NCBI GenBank assembly: GCA_040218735.1
Contig: JAVJQW010000043.1
Span: 256,001 to 320,000, forward strand
DNA: 64,000 nucleotides
Direction of reading: 5' to 3'
Origin: Deltaproteobacteria bacterium
Lineage (GTDB): Bacteria; Myxococcota; Kuafuiibacteriia; Kuafuiibacteriales; Kuafuiibacteriaceae
Part shown: piece by piece, positions 25,148 through 36,210 of the stretch
Numbering within the stretch: the first letter of the stretch is position 1
Layout: each line of letters begins with the position of its first letter
Notes under the pieces: model-generated
Seen by the model: only the letters and a program-made list of their open reading frames with translations
What the model was told of the DNA's origin: nothing
Database searches by the model: none
Program-made: the position numbers and the translations under genes

Positions 25148-26503
25148 ATGGCCGGCGGTGTTCTGATCGTGGGCGCCCCTTCCCAGCACACCACGCTGAC
25201 CGCGTTGCTCGAGGCCGACGGTCACCACGTCGACGTCGCGGCGGACGCGGCGGCGGGGACACGTCTGTTGCAAGACGGGTCGTGCGACGTGCTGCTCGTC
25301 GATCTCGATCTCGAGGATGAGGGCGCGCTCGCGATCCTCTCGACGGCGCGCCGTCGTGTTCCTCACCCGACCACGTATGTCCTCGCGACCGAGGGCGCGA
25401 TCGAGCGCGCGGTCTCCGCGATCGACGAAGGTGCCGACGGCTACCTCTCGACGCCGATTCACCCCGGGGAGCTGCGCGCGGTGGTGCGTCGCGGTGTCGA
25501 ACGGGCTCGACTCGCGCGTGAAGCGGCTCGCCTGCGGGAGCAGATCAGCAGCCCCGCGCGGTTCGAGCGGCTCCTCGGTGACCACCCCGCGATGCAGGCG
25601 ATCTTTCGGACCGTTGCGCAGGTCGCGCGCACGCGGGCCACGATCCTGATCCGGGGCGAGACCGGCACTGGCAAGGAGCTGATCGCCTCCGCGATTCACT
25701 ACCGCTCGCCGCGGAAGGACGGCCCGTACGTTCGCCTCAACTGTGCGGCGCTCGCGGAGACGTTGCTGGAGTCCGAGCTCTTCGGGCACGAGAAGGGCGC
25801 CTTTACCGGCGCGGCGACGCGACGGCTGGGTCGGTTCGAGCAGGCGAACGGCGGGACGTTGTTGCTCGACGAGGTCTCGGAGATGCCGCTGTCGACGCAA
25901 GTGAAGTTGCTGCGGGTGCTGCAGGAGCGAGAGCTCGAGCGGGTCGGCGGCAACGACACGATCCCCGTCGACGTGCGCATCGTCGCGGCGACCAACAAGG
26001 ATCTCGCGAAGCGCGTCGAGGAGGGGCTGTTCCGGGAGGACCTGCTCTACCGCCTTCAGATCGTGGAGATTGAAGTGCCGCCGCTCCGCGCGCGTCCGAG
26101 TGACATCCCAGCGCTCGCGCAACACTTCCTGCAGAAGTTCGCGACGGAGAACGACCTCCCGGTGGAGGGCTTCGAGGACGACGCGATGCAGGCGCTCGTC
26201 GCCTACCCGTGGCCCGGCAACGTGCGTGAGCTGGAGAACGCCATCGAGCGCGCAGTCGTGATCTGCGACGGGCCACGCGTGCGCCTCGAACACCTCCCCG
26301 CGGCGAAGCACGCTTCGAAGGCGCCGAGCGTGGGGATGTTCGTGCCCGGGACGACGCTCGCCGAGCTGGAGCGCATCGCGATCCTGAAGACACTCGAGTC
26401 GGTCGGCGGATCGACGAAGCGGGCGGCGGAGCTCCTCGGAATCAGTCGCCGCACGATCCAGTACCGCCTCAAGGAGTGGGGACTGGGCGACGTCGACGGC
26501 TGA
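25148..26503 (+). CDS. sigma54-dependent NtrC-family response regulator with atypical receiver
   Basis: Receiver-like N-terminus, GETGTGKE, ESELFGHEKGAFTGA, LLDEV, FREDLLYRL, WPGNVRELEN, Fis HTH. Confidence 0.93.
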   Translation: MAGGVLIVGAPSQHTTLTALLEADGHHVDVAADAAAGTRLLQDGSCDVLLVDLDLEDEGALAILSTARRRVPHPTTYVLATEGAIERAVSAIDEGADGYLSTPIHPGELRAVVRRGVERARLAREAARLREQISSPARFERLLGDHPAMQAIFRTVAQVARTRATILIRGETGTGKELIASAIHYRSPRKDGPYVRLNCAALAETLLESELFGHEKGAFTGAATRRLGRFEQANGGTLLLDEVSEMPLSTQVKLLRVLQERELERVGGNDTIPVDVRIVAATNKDLAKRVEEGLFREDLLYRLQIVEIEVPPLRARPSDIPALAQHFLQKFATENDLPVEGFEDDAMQALVAYPWPGNVRELENAIERAVVICDGPRVRLEHLPAAKHASKAPSVGMFVPGTTLAELERIAILKTLESVGGSTKRAAELLGISRRTIQYRLKEWGLGDVDG

Positions 26504-26506
26504 GGA

Positions 26507-27823
26507 TCACAGCAGCTCGTGCTCGTGGAGTTTGTTGTAGAGCGTTCGCCGGCTGACCCCGAGGATGCGCGCCGCGCGCGAGCGGTTGTTCTTCGCGCGT
26601 TCGAGCGCCTGGACGAGCGCGTCGCGCTCTGCGGCGCGGCGGCGATCGTCGAGGCGAGCGGAGGCGTCGTCCCCGGCGAACGAGGCGGCGGACGATAGGC
26701 CGCGCTCGACCTCTTCGAGGCTGATCGTCGCGCCGTCCGCGAGGACGACGAGGCGCTCCATGAAGTTCTCGAGCTCGCGGATGTTCCCCGGCCAGGCGTG
26801 GCCGACGAGGCGGTCGAGCGCGTCGCGGGCCACGCTCATGTCGGGGCGGCCGTTCTCCTCGGCGTGGGCCGCGCAGAAGCGGTGGGCGAGGCGCGCGATG
26901 GTGTCGGGGTCGTAGGAACGCAGCGGCGGCATCTCGACCTGGACGACGTTGAGGCGGAAGTAGAGGTCCCGCCGGAACTTTCCTTCCTCGACGAGCTCTT
27001 CGAGGTCGCGGTGGGTAGCGGCGATGACGCGGATGTCCGCTTCGCGGGAGGTCGTGCCGCCGAGCCTCTCGTAGGTTCGCTCCTGAAGGAGCCGGAGCAA
27101 CTTGGCTTGCACACCGGGGGAGATGTCTCCGATCTCGTCGAGGAACAGCGTGCCGCCGTCCGCGATCTCCACGCGCCCGGGTTTGGTCTTCGTCGCTCCG
27201 GTGAAGGCACCTTCGTCGTAGCCGAACAGCTCACTCTCCAGCAGGTGCTCGGGGAGCGCGCCGCATTGCACGGTGACGAACGGCTCGTCCTTGCGCGGGC
27301 TCGCGTCGTGGACCATGCGCGCCGCGCGGCTCTTGCCGGTGCCGGTCTCGCCCGTGAGCAGGACGGTGGTGCGCGCGGGCGCGACCTTCGCGAGCGTGGC
27401 GTCGAGGGTGTCGACGGCGGAGCCCCCGCGCGAAACGGGGAGCGCGGCGCGGTGCCGTGACGTGGCGATCGCTTTGCCGATGGTGAACAGGATCTCCTCG
27501 CGGTCGAATGGCTTCAGCACGAAGTCGTACGCACCCACACGCATCGCCTCCACCGCGAGCGGGATCGTGCCGTGCGCAGTGAGCATCACGACGGGGAGCT
27601 CGGGCCAACGCTCGCGGATTTGGCCGAGCAACGTGAGGCCGTCCATCTTCGGCATCCGCTGGTCCGTCACGACGACGTCGTAGGGCCGCGCTTCGAGGGC
27701 TTCGAGCGCGGCGGCCCCCGAGTCGACCGCGTTGGATTCGTGACCGCCTTGCGCGAGCAGCGCGCCCAACACCTGACCGACGCCGGGGTCGTCGTCGACC
27801 AGCAGGACTCGTCCGGTTTTCAC
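26507..27823 (-). CDS. sigma54-dependent NtrC-family response regulator
   Basis: GTGA overlap with the kinase stop; LLVDDD receiver, TDQRMP, GETGTGK, GAFTGA, WPGNIRELEN, Fis HTH. C-terminal part of track ORF 26507..29563. Confidence 0.93.
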   Translation of the reverse strand: MKTGRVLLVDDDPGVGQVLGALLAQGGHESNAVDSGAAALEALEARPYDVVVTDQRMPKMDGLTLLGQIRERWPELPVVMLTAHGTIPLAVEAMRVGAYDFVLKPFDREEILFTIGKAIATSRHRAALPVSRGGSAVDTLDATLAKVAPARTTVLLTGETGTGKSRAARMVHDASPRKDEPFVTVQCGALPEHLLESELFGYDEGAFTGATKTKPGRVEIADGGTLFLDEIGDISPGVQAKLLRLLQERTYERLGGTTSREADIRVIAATHRDLEELVEEGKFRRDLYFRLNVVQVEMPPLRSYDPDTIARLAHRFCAAHAEENGRPDMSVARDALDRLVGHAWPGNIRELENFMERLVVLADGATISLEEVERGLSSAASFAGDDASARLDDRRRAAERDALVQALERAKNNRSRAARILGVSRRTLYNKLHEHELL

Positions 27824-29280
27824 TTCGTCGGCAGCCACAACGTCACCTTCGTGCCCACGCCCTCCGCGCTCTCGATCTCCGCGCGCCCGCCGTGGGCCTC
27901 CGCAACTCTTCGCACGAGCGCGAGGCCGAGGCCACTCCCGGTCGCCTTCGTGGTGAAGAAGTCGTCGAGCGCGCGGTCGGCGGTGCGCGGGCTCATTCCG
28001 GGACCGTCGTCCTCCACGGCGACCTTCACGTCCGAGCCTTCCTGATCCACGACAACGCGGATGGCGATGTTCTCCTCCGTGGACTCGATCGCGTTGCGGA
28101 TCAGGTTTTCGACGGCGGGTACGAGGAGGTCGGGGTCGAGCGACGCCGTCACGGCTTCGATGCGCGCGTCGAGCTCGACGGTCGCGTTCTTGCGCGCCTG
28201 AACGCCCATGCCGTCGCAGGTGTCGCGGACCAGCGCGACGACGTCGATCTTCTGGCGCGCGATCTCGACGCGACCGAGTCGTTCGTAGTCGGCCAGGGAG
28301 CGCTCCATCTGGTCGAGCTGTGTCTCGACGAGCGTGAGGAACGTGTCGTGGGCGTCGATCGAGCGGCCCTCGGCGCGCTCCTGCGCGAGGAACTGCACGG
28401 CGCCCTTCGCCACGGCGATCGGGTTCCTCAAGTCGTGCGCCATCTGGTGCGCGAAGCGGCCGAGCGTCGTGTGGTACGCGACGCGGTTGGACTCCTCCGA
28501 GCGATCGATCGCGGCGGCGCGCGCGTAGCGGATCGCGACGAACGTGATCACACTCGTCGCGACGGCGAGCATGCCGAGGTCCGATCCGAACGAGCCGAAC
28601 AACAACGCGTACGCGCCGAACGATCCGAACGCGAGCCCCGCACCGACCACGCCTTCCAGGAGATCGATGTTGGTGTCGAGGAGCCGAAATCGCCACGTCG
28701 CGACGCCGAGCAAGACGACGCCGACGAACGTGCCGACGTTCGACAGGCGCGGCACGGGGATGTCGAGGATGCGCCCGAGATCCGACACGCCGAACACCAC
28801 CCCGAACACGATCGCCATGAGCACGAGGCGTGTCCGCGCGCGTTCGATCGAGCTGGTGCTCCGCGACAGGTGAACGGTCAGTCGCCACACCGCGACGATG
28901 AAGGTGGGCGTGACGCCCGCGAGCACCGCGAGCGCCCAGGTGTTGCCGCGGAACGGCGGGTACACGGTGCCGAACACCGCGATGCCGAAGAAGTAGGCGT
29001 AGGCGATCCAGATCCATCGCCGACTCCGGGCGAGGAACAGCGCGAGGAAGTGCAGGACGAACGGCATCGTGAGCGCCGCCGCGAACTCGTCGATGCGCTG
29101 CCAGATGGGGAGCGAAGAGAGGTCCGCTGCGACGTCGGCGGCGTTCCAGGTGAAGAGCGTCAGGCTGAGGAGCCCGAGGACTCGGCCGATCGGTCGCGAG
29201 GCGGAGCTCTGGAACGCGATGGCGGCGAGGGCGATGTGCCCCGCGCAGGTGAAGAGCGACACCAGGTGGTAGGTGTCCAC
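27820..29280 (-). CDS. Membrane sensor histidine kinase (multi-TM N-terminus)
   Basis: 7-8 TM segments; H-box MAHDLRNP, N-box NLIRNA, G-boxes DDGPGM and FFTTKATGSGLGL. Confidence 0.92.
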   Translation of the reverse strand: MDTYHLVSLFTCAGHIALAAIAFQSSASRPIGRVLGLLSLTLFTWNAADVAADLSSLPIWQRIDEFAAALTMPFVLHFLALFLARSRRWIWIAYAYFFGIAVFGTVYPPFRGNTWALAVLAGVTPTFIVAVWRLTVHLSRSTSSIERARTRLVLMAIVFGVVFGVSDLGRILDIPVPRLSNVGTFVGVVLLGVATWRFRLLDTNIDLLEGVVGAGLAFGSFGAYALLFGSFGSDLGMLAVATSVITFVAIRYARAAAIDRSEESNRVAYHTTLGRFAHQMAHDLRNPIAVAKGAVQFLAQERAEGRSIDAHDTFLTLVETQLDQMERSLADYERLGRVEIARQKIDVVALVRDTCDGMGVQARKNATVELDARIEAVTASLDPDLLVPAVENLIRNAIESTEENIAIRVVVDQEGSDVKVAVEDDGPGMSPRTADRALDDFFTTKATGSGLGLALVRRVAEAHGGRAEIESAEGVGTKVTLWLPTK

Positions 29281-29313
29281 GCGCCCGAGTATCGCCGCGC
29301 GGCGCGTGGACCG

Positions 29314-30672
<1,359 letters not shown>

Positions 30673-30745
30673 GGACGTAGGTCTCCCTCACGGGCCCTCG
30701 TGAGCCCGTCGATCAAGGTCGGCCGGGGCCGACGGTGGTGGTGGT

Positions 30746-31441
30746 TCAGCGCGCTTCGGGCTCGAAGAGTCCTTCGGCGCGCGGAGTGAACGTGAAGGCG
30801 TCGCTCGTGAATGCTTCGGCGACACCGACGCCGCTCGCGCAGTGTTCGAGCACACGCGGGAGCTGCATGAAGGCGGCGTTGACGGTCGCGCCGAGGATGT
30901 CTGGCGTCGCGTAGTCGGGGTGCCCGATCGATCCGAGGTAGACGTCACCCGCGGTCAGCGCGATCGCGAAGCGCGGCTCGGCGACGAGCTGCTGCGCGCG
31001 CATCGCCGCTGCGACGGCGCGCCCCTTCATGTCGGCGCCGGTGAAGAAGCCGAGGAACCCGTCGCCGACGTACTTCACGGGCACGCCGTCGAACTGAAGG
31101 AGCGCCTCGGTCACGGTGAGGAACATCCCGTTCGTCCACGCCGCGACGGCAGCCGGGCTCATGTCCTCGACGCGCGCGGCGAAGTCGCCGATGCCCGTCA
31201 CGAACACCACGGCCTCGAACGTCTCACGCTCCGCGACGGCGCCGCCGAGCAGCCATTCGACGCCGACGTCCAACATCCGCGCGAGGTTCACCAGCACGCT
31301 GATGTCCGGCGCGTTCTCCCCGCGCTCCCACTTCGACACCGCCTGCGGGCTCACACGCAGCGCGGCGGCGAGGTCCGACTGCTTGAGCCCGCGCCCTTCG
31401 CGGCGGCTCCGAATGCGTTTGCCCAGGGCATCGAGGTCCAT
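30746..31441 (-). CDS. XRE-family HTH fused to a degenerate class III adenylyl-cyclase homology domain
   Basis: LKQSDLAAALRVSPQAVSKWERGENAPD (HTH_3); VKYVGDGFLGFF, IALTAGDVYLGSIG, DILGATVNAA (cyclase fold). Confidence 0.85.
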   Translation of the reverse strand: MDLDALGKRIRSRREGRGLKQSDLAAALRVSPQAVSKWERGENAPDISVLVNLARMLDVGVEWLLGGAVAERETFEAVVFVTGIGDFAARVEDMSPAAVAAWTNGMFLTVTEALLQFDGVPVKYVGDGFLGFFTGADMKGRAVAAAMRAQQLVAEPRFAIALTAGDVYLGSIGHPDYATPDILGATVNAAFMQLPRVLEHCASGVGVAEAFTSDAFTFTPRAEGLFEPEAR

Positions 31442-31545
31442 GCACCGCACGTTAGCGGGGGGCGCCCGCGGGGACTACGACGCGGTGGTTGGATCTGGTG
31501 GCGGGGTGGTTGAGCGACGCATTTTAAATCGTGCTCGGCCTCCGT

Positions 31546-34500
31546 CTAGAAGAGCGGCCAGCGGAGCTGGTCGTGGTGACGTCGTGCGTAGAAGCCTTGG
31601 CCCCAGATGTTGTCGACACGGGTCGCGGGCGTGGTACCGATCGGGCTGATGCGGCGCGCGGTGTAGGGCGGCGCAGCGTCGATCCGGATGCTCCACGTCT
31701 CCTTGGTCATGACCCGAGGCCCAGCGGCGAGCACGAGGTCGTTCGACGGCGTCCAAAAGTACTGCCAGAAGTAGAACCAGCCGGTCGGGCTCGACGCGGC
31801 CGGCCAGTCCGACGTCGCGAAGCTCCAAGTTCCGAGGGGCTGCTGGAGGTCGACCATGTGAATGGTCGGTCGGCCCCAGAAGCCGATCACGGCGAGGTAA
31901 CGGCTGTCCCAAGAGAACTGCGCGCCATCCGTCACCTCGTTCACGGCGCTCGACAGCGGGTGGACGCGGTGCAGGTGGAAGGGGGGGCCGTCCCCGAGGT
32001 TCGCGACGTAGGTGCCCTCGCGTTCGTCGATGTCGAGGTCGCCCTGCACGCTCAGCCATCGTGAGTCCGGTGACCACTGCAGCGCGGTCCTGGTGGTGGC
32101 GGCCATGGTGTTGGGGCCGTAGCCCGGATGCTCCAGGTTCTGCGGTACCGCTGGGAACGCCCCCGTCATGTCGACGACGTAGGCTTCGAACTGCCACGGA
32201 GTCTGGTGGTCGCTCAGCAACGCGAGCTTCGAACCGTCGGGCGACCAGATGTACGTCCCCGCCGTGAAGTTCGCCGGAGCGACGTCGAGGAGGCGCACGG
32301 GTGCGCTCGGAGTGGGTCCCGTCAGATCCACGACGAACGGCATCTCTCGGTACTGAACCCCCTCCGGACAGCCGATGACGATCTTCGACCCGTCCGGCGC
32401 GAGGGCGGCCCCCGCGCCGTGGTCGTCAGAGCTCCAGAAACACGACGACGGAGGAATGACGCCCGTGGGCCGCCCGATCGGGACCGGCGCGCCGACCACC
32501 GCTCCGCTCACGTCGGACCACCAGGGCTCCCAGATCAGCGGGTCGTTGAAGGTACCGGCGTAGAGGAGCCCCCGCGCGTCAACGGTCCAGATCAAGTTGG
32601 GGCTCCCGCGACCGATCCCCGGCGTCGCGTTCACGGCGCGCGGTGAACCGGGAGCACCTCCGCTGTCGACCGCGGAGATGTCGACGACCCACGGACGTCC
32701 GACGAGCTCGGTGTCCGCGACGTACGCAATCTGCGAGTTGTCGGGCGCGAACACATAGCCGTTGTCGACGACGGTGTGCGTCGGGTCGGTCCACGCGGGG
32801 CTCACGCGCAGGGGTGGGCCCGGCACCTCCGGGTTGCTCAGGTCCATCACGAACAGCTCGTACGCGCCGTCGGTCGTCACATCCGCGCGGAAGGCGAGCA
32901 TCGACCCATCGGGTGACCAGCGGAGATCCGCCGCGCCGGCCGTCGCGGTGAACGGGAGGCTCGCCGTCGCGCGCACGACGGTGCCCGGCGCGCCCGTCAC
33001 GAGCGGTACGACGTAGAGGTCCGCGCGGTCGTCGACGGTGAGGTCGCCGATGTACGCGAACGCCGCGCCGTCCGGCGAGAAACCTGCGAGGTTGATGTTG
33101 GAGAATGCGTCTCCGCCCGGCGGCGCGTTCGCCGGCGTCACGTCGATCGGAGGACCCGGCGGCCCGCAGACGTTGGCCAGGTGCATGCGACGTTGATTGC
33201 GCACCTCGAGGTCGTTGGCCATCGCGACCCAGCGGAACCCACTCAGCCCGTCCACGACGTCGACGGTGAACGTCGCGTCGTCGGTCTGTCCGAACAGGTC
33301 CGTCACGCGCACCGTGAACGTGTAGCTCCCAGTCTGTTCGCCCAGGCCGCCGTCGATGCGCGCCGTCGGGTCGCCGGTCGGCGACAAACGAAGGCCGGGC
33401 GGCAGCGCGCCCGCGGTGATGCTCCACACGTAGTCGACGTTGGATCCACCGGTCGCAGTGAGGGGCTGGTGGTAGCCGTCGCAGACGACGGCGTCGGGCA
33501 GCGTGGAAGTCACGATCGTGGGGAGCGTCGAGGGGAGGTCGACCGTGAGCTCGACGTTCGCGGTGGCCTCCTGACCGCTCGTATCGGTCACCGCGATCGT
33601 CACGGTGAACGTACCGAGCTCGAGGGGGAGGCCGCTGACCTCGACGGCCGGCGTTCCGTCCGTTCCCAAGCTGACTCCGCTCGGCAAGCTACCTTGCGCG
33701 ACGCGCCAGGCGTAGGGGCCGGCGCCGCCCGTCGCGCTCACCGTCGCGACGTAGGGCTCTGCGCCGCGCGCGTTCGGGAGCGCGATGAGTGGCTCGCCTT
33801 CGATGACGAGCGGCTCCAGCACGTCGAGCGTGAAGTCGCGTTCGTCTCCCGCGCCCGCTGCGTCGACGACGGAGATCTCGAAGTCGAACGTCCCCGTCTC
33901 CACGGGTGTCCCGGTCAGCTCGACGTTCGGCGCACCCATCTCGGGCAGCGTGAGGCCACGGGGGAGGGCGCCGGTGACGGTCCAGCGGTACCCGACGAGG
34001 CTCCCGGAGGTGGTCTCGATCGTCACGGAGTACGGTTCCCCGCGAATGGCGGGGGGGAGCACCGAGGTCGTGAGGGTGACGGTGCGTCCGACGTCGATGA
34101 TGAAGATGCGCTTCGTCGTCGCCCCCGTCGCGTCCTCGACCTCCACCTCGAAGTCGTAGCGGCCGACGGTCGTCGGCGTGCCGCGGAGCCGCGCCGACGT
34201 GCTCGTGGCGCTCGACAACGTGATCCCCGGCGGTGGGTTACCTGCGGTCGTTCGCCAAGCGTACGGGGCGACTCCTCCCTCCACTTCGATCGTCGCTTGG
34301 TAGGGTGTCTGGTATGCGGCGCGCTCCAGAGTGCGGGTGACGAAGCGCAGTCCGCCGTTCGCGAGCTCCAACTCGAATGCGCGCGTGGCGCGGACGAGAC
34401 CGGCGTCTTCGACCTGGACCGTGAAGCGATGTGTCCCATCGGTGCCGCTCGCCGGGGACCCGGTGATCGAGGTCGACGGGGTCCCGGCGCGGTCGAGCGC

Positions 34501-34971
34501 GAGCCCGTCGGGGAGGGCACCCTCCACGACGCTCCAGATGCGGTCTCGACCGCTGCCGCCGACGGCTTCGATCGTCGCGGCGTACGCCGTCTCCGACGCA
34601 CCGTCGGGGAGGGCGTCCGTGGTGATCTGGAGCGGCGCGACGACCTCGAGTCCGAACGTACGCTCGGCGACTCCGCCATCGGCGTCCTCGACCCGGACGG
34701 TCACTTCGAAGTCACCGACCTCCAACAGCTCGCCGCCGAGCGACGCCGTGCGGTCGCCGGTCCCGAGCGTCAACTCCTCAGGTGCGTCCGCGCCGAGGCT
34801 CCATGTGAAGGGCTCCGCCCCGCCCATCGCGGTGACCTGTGCGGCGTACGGTTGGCTCACCACGGCGATCGGGAGGGCAACCGTCGCGATCGACACGTCT
34901 TCGCCCGAACCGCACGCCGCGGCGGCGAGCGCCGCGAGGACGACGACGGGCTTTGATTCACGAAACTCCAC
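31546..34971 (-). CDS. Large surface lipoprotein: five putative-Ig (He_PIG-like) repeats + TolB-like beta-propeller
   Basis: Lipobox AAAA-C; repeats ITTxxLPxA..Y..GG..W....G.LP.GL.L..G.P...G...F.V.V.D; C-terminal (W/F)SPDGS.(L/I)A repeats. Start uncertain (GTG 34971 or 35004). Confidence 0.85.
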   Translation of the reverse strand: MEFRESKPVVVLAALAAAACGSGEDVSIATVALPIAVVSQPYAAQVTAMGGAEPFTWSLGADAPEELTLGTGDRTASLGGELLEVGDFEVTVRVEDADGGVAERTFGLEVVAPLQITTDALPDGASETAYAATIEAVGGSGRDRIWSVVEGALPDGLALDRAGTPSTSITGSPASGTDGTHRFTVQVEDAGLVRATRAFELELANGGLRFVTRTLERAAYQTPYQATIEVEGGVAPYAWRTTAGNPPPGITLSSATSTSARLRGTPTTVGRYDFEVEVEDATGATTKRIFIIDVGRTVTLTTSVLPPAIRGEPYSVTIETTSGSLVGYRWTVTGALPRGLTLPEMGAPNVELTGTPVETGTFDFEISVVDAAGAGDERDFTLDVLEPLVIEGEPLIALPNARGAEPYVATVSATGGAGPYAWRVAQGSLPSGVSLGTDGTPAVEVSGLPLELGTFTVTIAVTDTSGQEATANVELTVDLPSTLPTIVTSTLPDAVVCDGYHQPLTATGGSNVDYVWSITAGALPPGLRLSPTGDPTARIDGGLGEQTGSYTFTVRVTDLFGQTDDATFTVDVVDGLSGFRWVAMANDLEVRNQRRMHLANVCGPPGPPIDVTPANAPPGGDAFSNINLAGFSPDGAAFAYIGDLTVDDRADLYVVPLVTGAPGTVVRATASLPFTATAGAADLRWSPDGSMLAFRADVTTDGAYELFVMDLSNPEVPGPPLRVSPAWTDPTHTVVDNGYVFAPDNSQIAYVADTELVGRPWVVDISAVDSGGAPGSPRAVNATPGIGRGSPNLIWTVDARGLLYAGTFNDPLIWEPWWSDVSGAVVGAPVPIGRPTGVIPPSSCFWSSDDHGAGAALAPDGSKIVIGCPEGVQYREMPFVVDLTGPTPSAPVRLLDVAPANFTAGTYIWSPDGSKLALLSDHQTPWQFEAYVVDMTGAFPAVPQNLEHPGYGPNTMAATTRTALQWSPDSRWLSVQGDLDIDEREGTYVANLGDGPPFHLHRVHPLSSAVNEVTDGAQFSWDSRYLAVIGFWGRPTIHMVDLQQPLGTWSFATSDWPAASSPTGWFYFWQYFWTPSNDLVLAAGPRVMTKETWSIRIDAAPPYTARRISPIGTTPATRVDNIWGQGFYARRHHDQLRWPLF

Positions 34972-35048
34972 GGGACGGCTGTGCCGTGAGTCGACGCGTT
35001 TCACTCTTTTTTCTGGCGGCGTCGGATTCGGTGCCGGTATTTTGCGCT

Positions 35049-36158
35049 GTGCGCCGCTTTGCCGTCCTCCTCCTCGTGACCTCGGCCTGCGGCTCGGCGC
35101 TCCCGTTCGAGCCCGCGGGGCCCGACGCTGCGCCCGACCCGTCGGTGATGGGGCCCTACGCGGTCGGCGTCCGGACGATCACCGTGCGCGACCCGCTGCG
35201 CACGGTGGAGGGGACGCGCGAGCCGGTGAAGCTCACCGTCGAGGTCTGGTACCCCGCGGACGTGGAGGAGGAGGGTAAGGAGATCTACCCGTTCCGTGAC
35301 TTCCTCCCGCCCGAGTATCACGAGGCTGCGGACCAGCTCGGGGGGTTCGAGACGAACGCGGTGCGCGACGCGCCGATCGTCGATGATGAGTTCCCAGTCG
35401 TCCTGTTCTCTCACGGCAGCGGCGGCGTGCGTGTGCAGTCGACGTTCCTCACCATCCCGCTCGCGAGCCACGGGTACGTCGTCGCCGCGCCCGATCACAA
35501 CGGCAACACACTCTACGATCTCGTCGAAGACGGTGACCTGGATCTGGAGTCGCTCGGTAATGGGTTGTTCGATCGTCCGAAGGATCTCATCGCCACGCTC
35601 GACGGGGTCCTCGATGAGTTCGAGGTCGACGAGGAGAACATCGGCGCGGCCGGTCACTCGTTCGGTTCGGTCACCGCGTTGCGCGCCGCGGCGCTCGACC
35701 CGCGCATCGACGCGGTCGCCGCGCAGACGCCGGCCAGCGCGGGGCTGACCTGGCTCGGCATCGACGCGGATCCGAGCGAGCTGGCGATCCCGATCATGCT
35801 CCAGGACGCCGGGCAGGACCGAACGCTCCCCGTCGATGAGAACGCGGAGCTGCTGTGGCCTTCGCTGAATCGGCCGCGTGCGTACATGTCGATCCTCGCG
35901 GGCGGGCACTTCACCTACAGCGATCTCTGCGGTCTCGACCTGGGGGTGCTGCTCGCGGCCGACGACCTCGGGGTCGGCGACGTCCTCAACGACGGCTGCA
36001 CCGAGGAGTACGTCCCGGCCGAGGAGGCGCACGTGGTCATCCGGCACTTCACGATCGGGATGTTCAACGCCTACCTGCGGGGCTCGCCGGGGGCCCGCGC
36101 GCAGCTCGACGACGCCGCGATCCTCGGTGAAATCGCCTCCTTCGAAGACGACCTGTGA
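35049..36158 (+). CDS. Alpha/beta hydrolase lipoprotein (dienelactone hydrolase/PAF-AH-like)
   Basis: Lipobox VTSA-C; GPYAVG, VEVWYP, FPVVLFSHG, LASHGYVVAAPDH, nucleophile GHSFG, GGHFTYSD. Confidence 0.88.
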   Translation: MRRFAVLLLVTSACGSALPFEPAGPDAAPDPSVMGPYAVGVRTITVRDPLRTVEGTREPVKLTVEVWYPADVEEEGKEIYPFRDFLPPEYHEAADQLGGFETNAVRDAPIVDDEFPVVLFSHGSGGVRVQSTFLTIPLASHGYVVAAPDHNGNTLYDLVEDGDLDLESLGNGLFDRPKDLIATLDGVLDEFEVDEENIGAAGHSFGSVTALRAAALDPRIDAVAAQTPASAGLTWLGIDADPSELAIPIMLQDAGQDRTLPVDENAELLWPSLNRPRAYMSILAGGHFTYSDLCGLDLGVLLAADDLGVGDVLNDGCTEEYVPAEEAHVVIRHFTIGMFNAYLRGSPGARAQLDDAAILGEIASFEDDL

Positions 36159-36210
36159 TCGCGCGCTCGGGTTGATTGGCCGCCGCCCGCGTGTGACGGT
36201 CCGCTCGCCC

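Noticed and set aside
30673-30745. Canonical SAH or SAM riboswitch upstream of ahcY
   Set aside because: I could not find the conserved SAH-riboswitch sequence elements; kept only as an unclassified structured leader.
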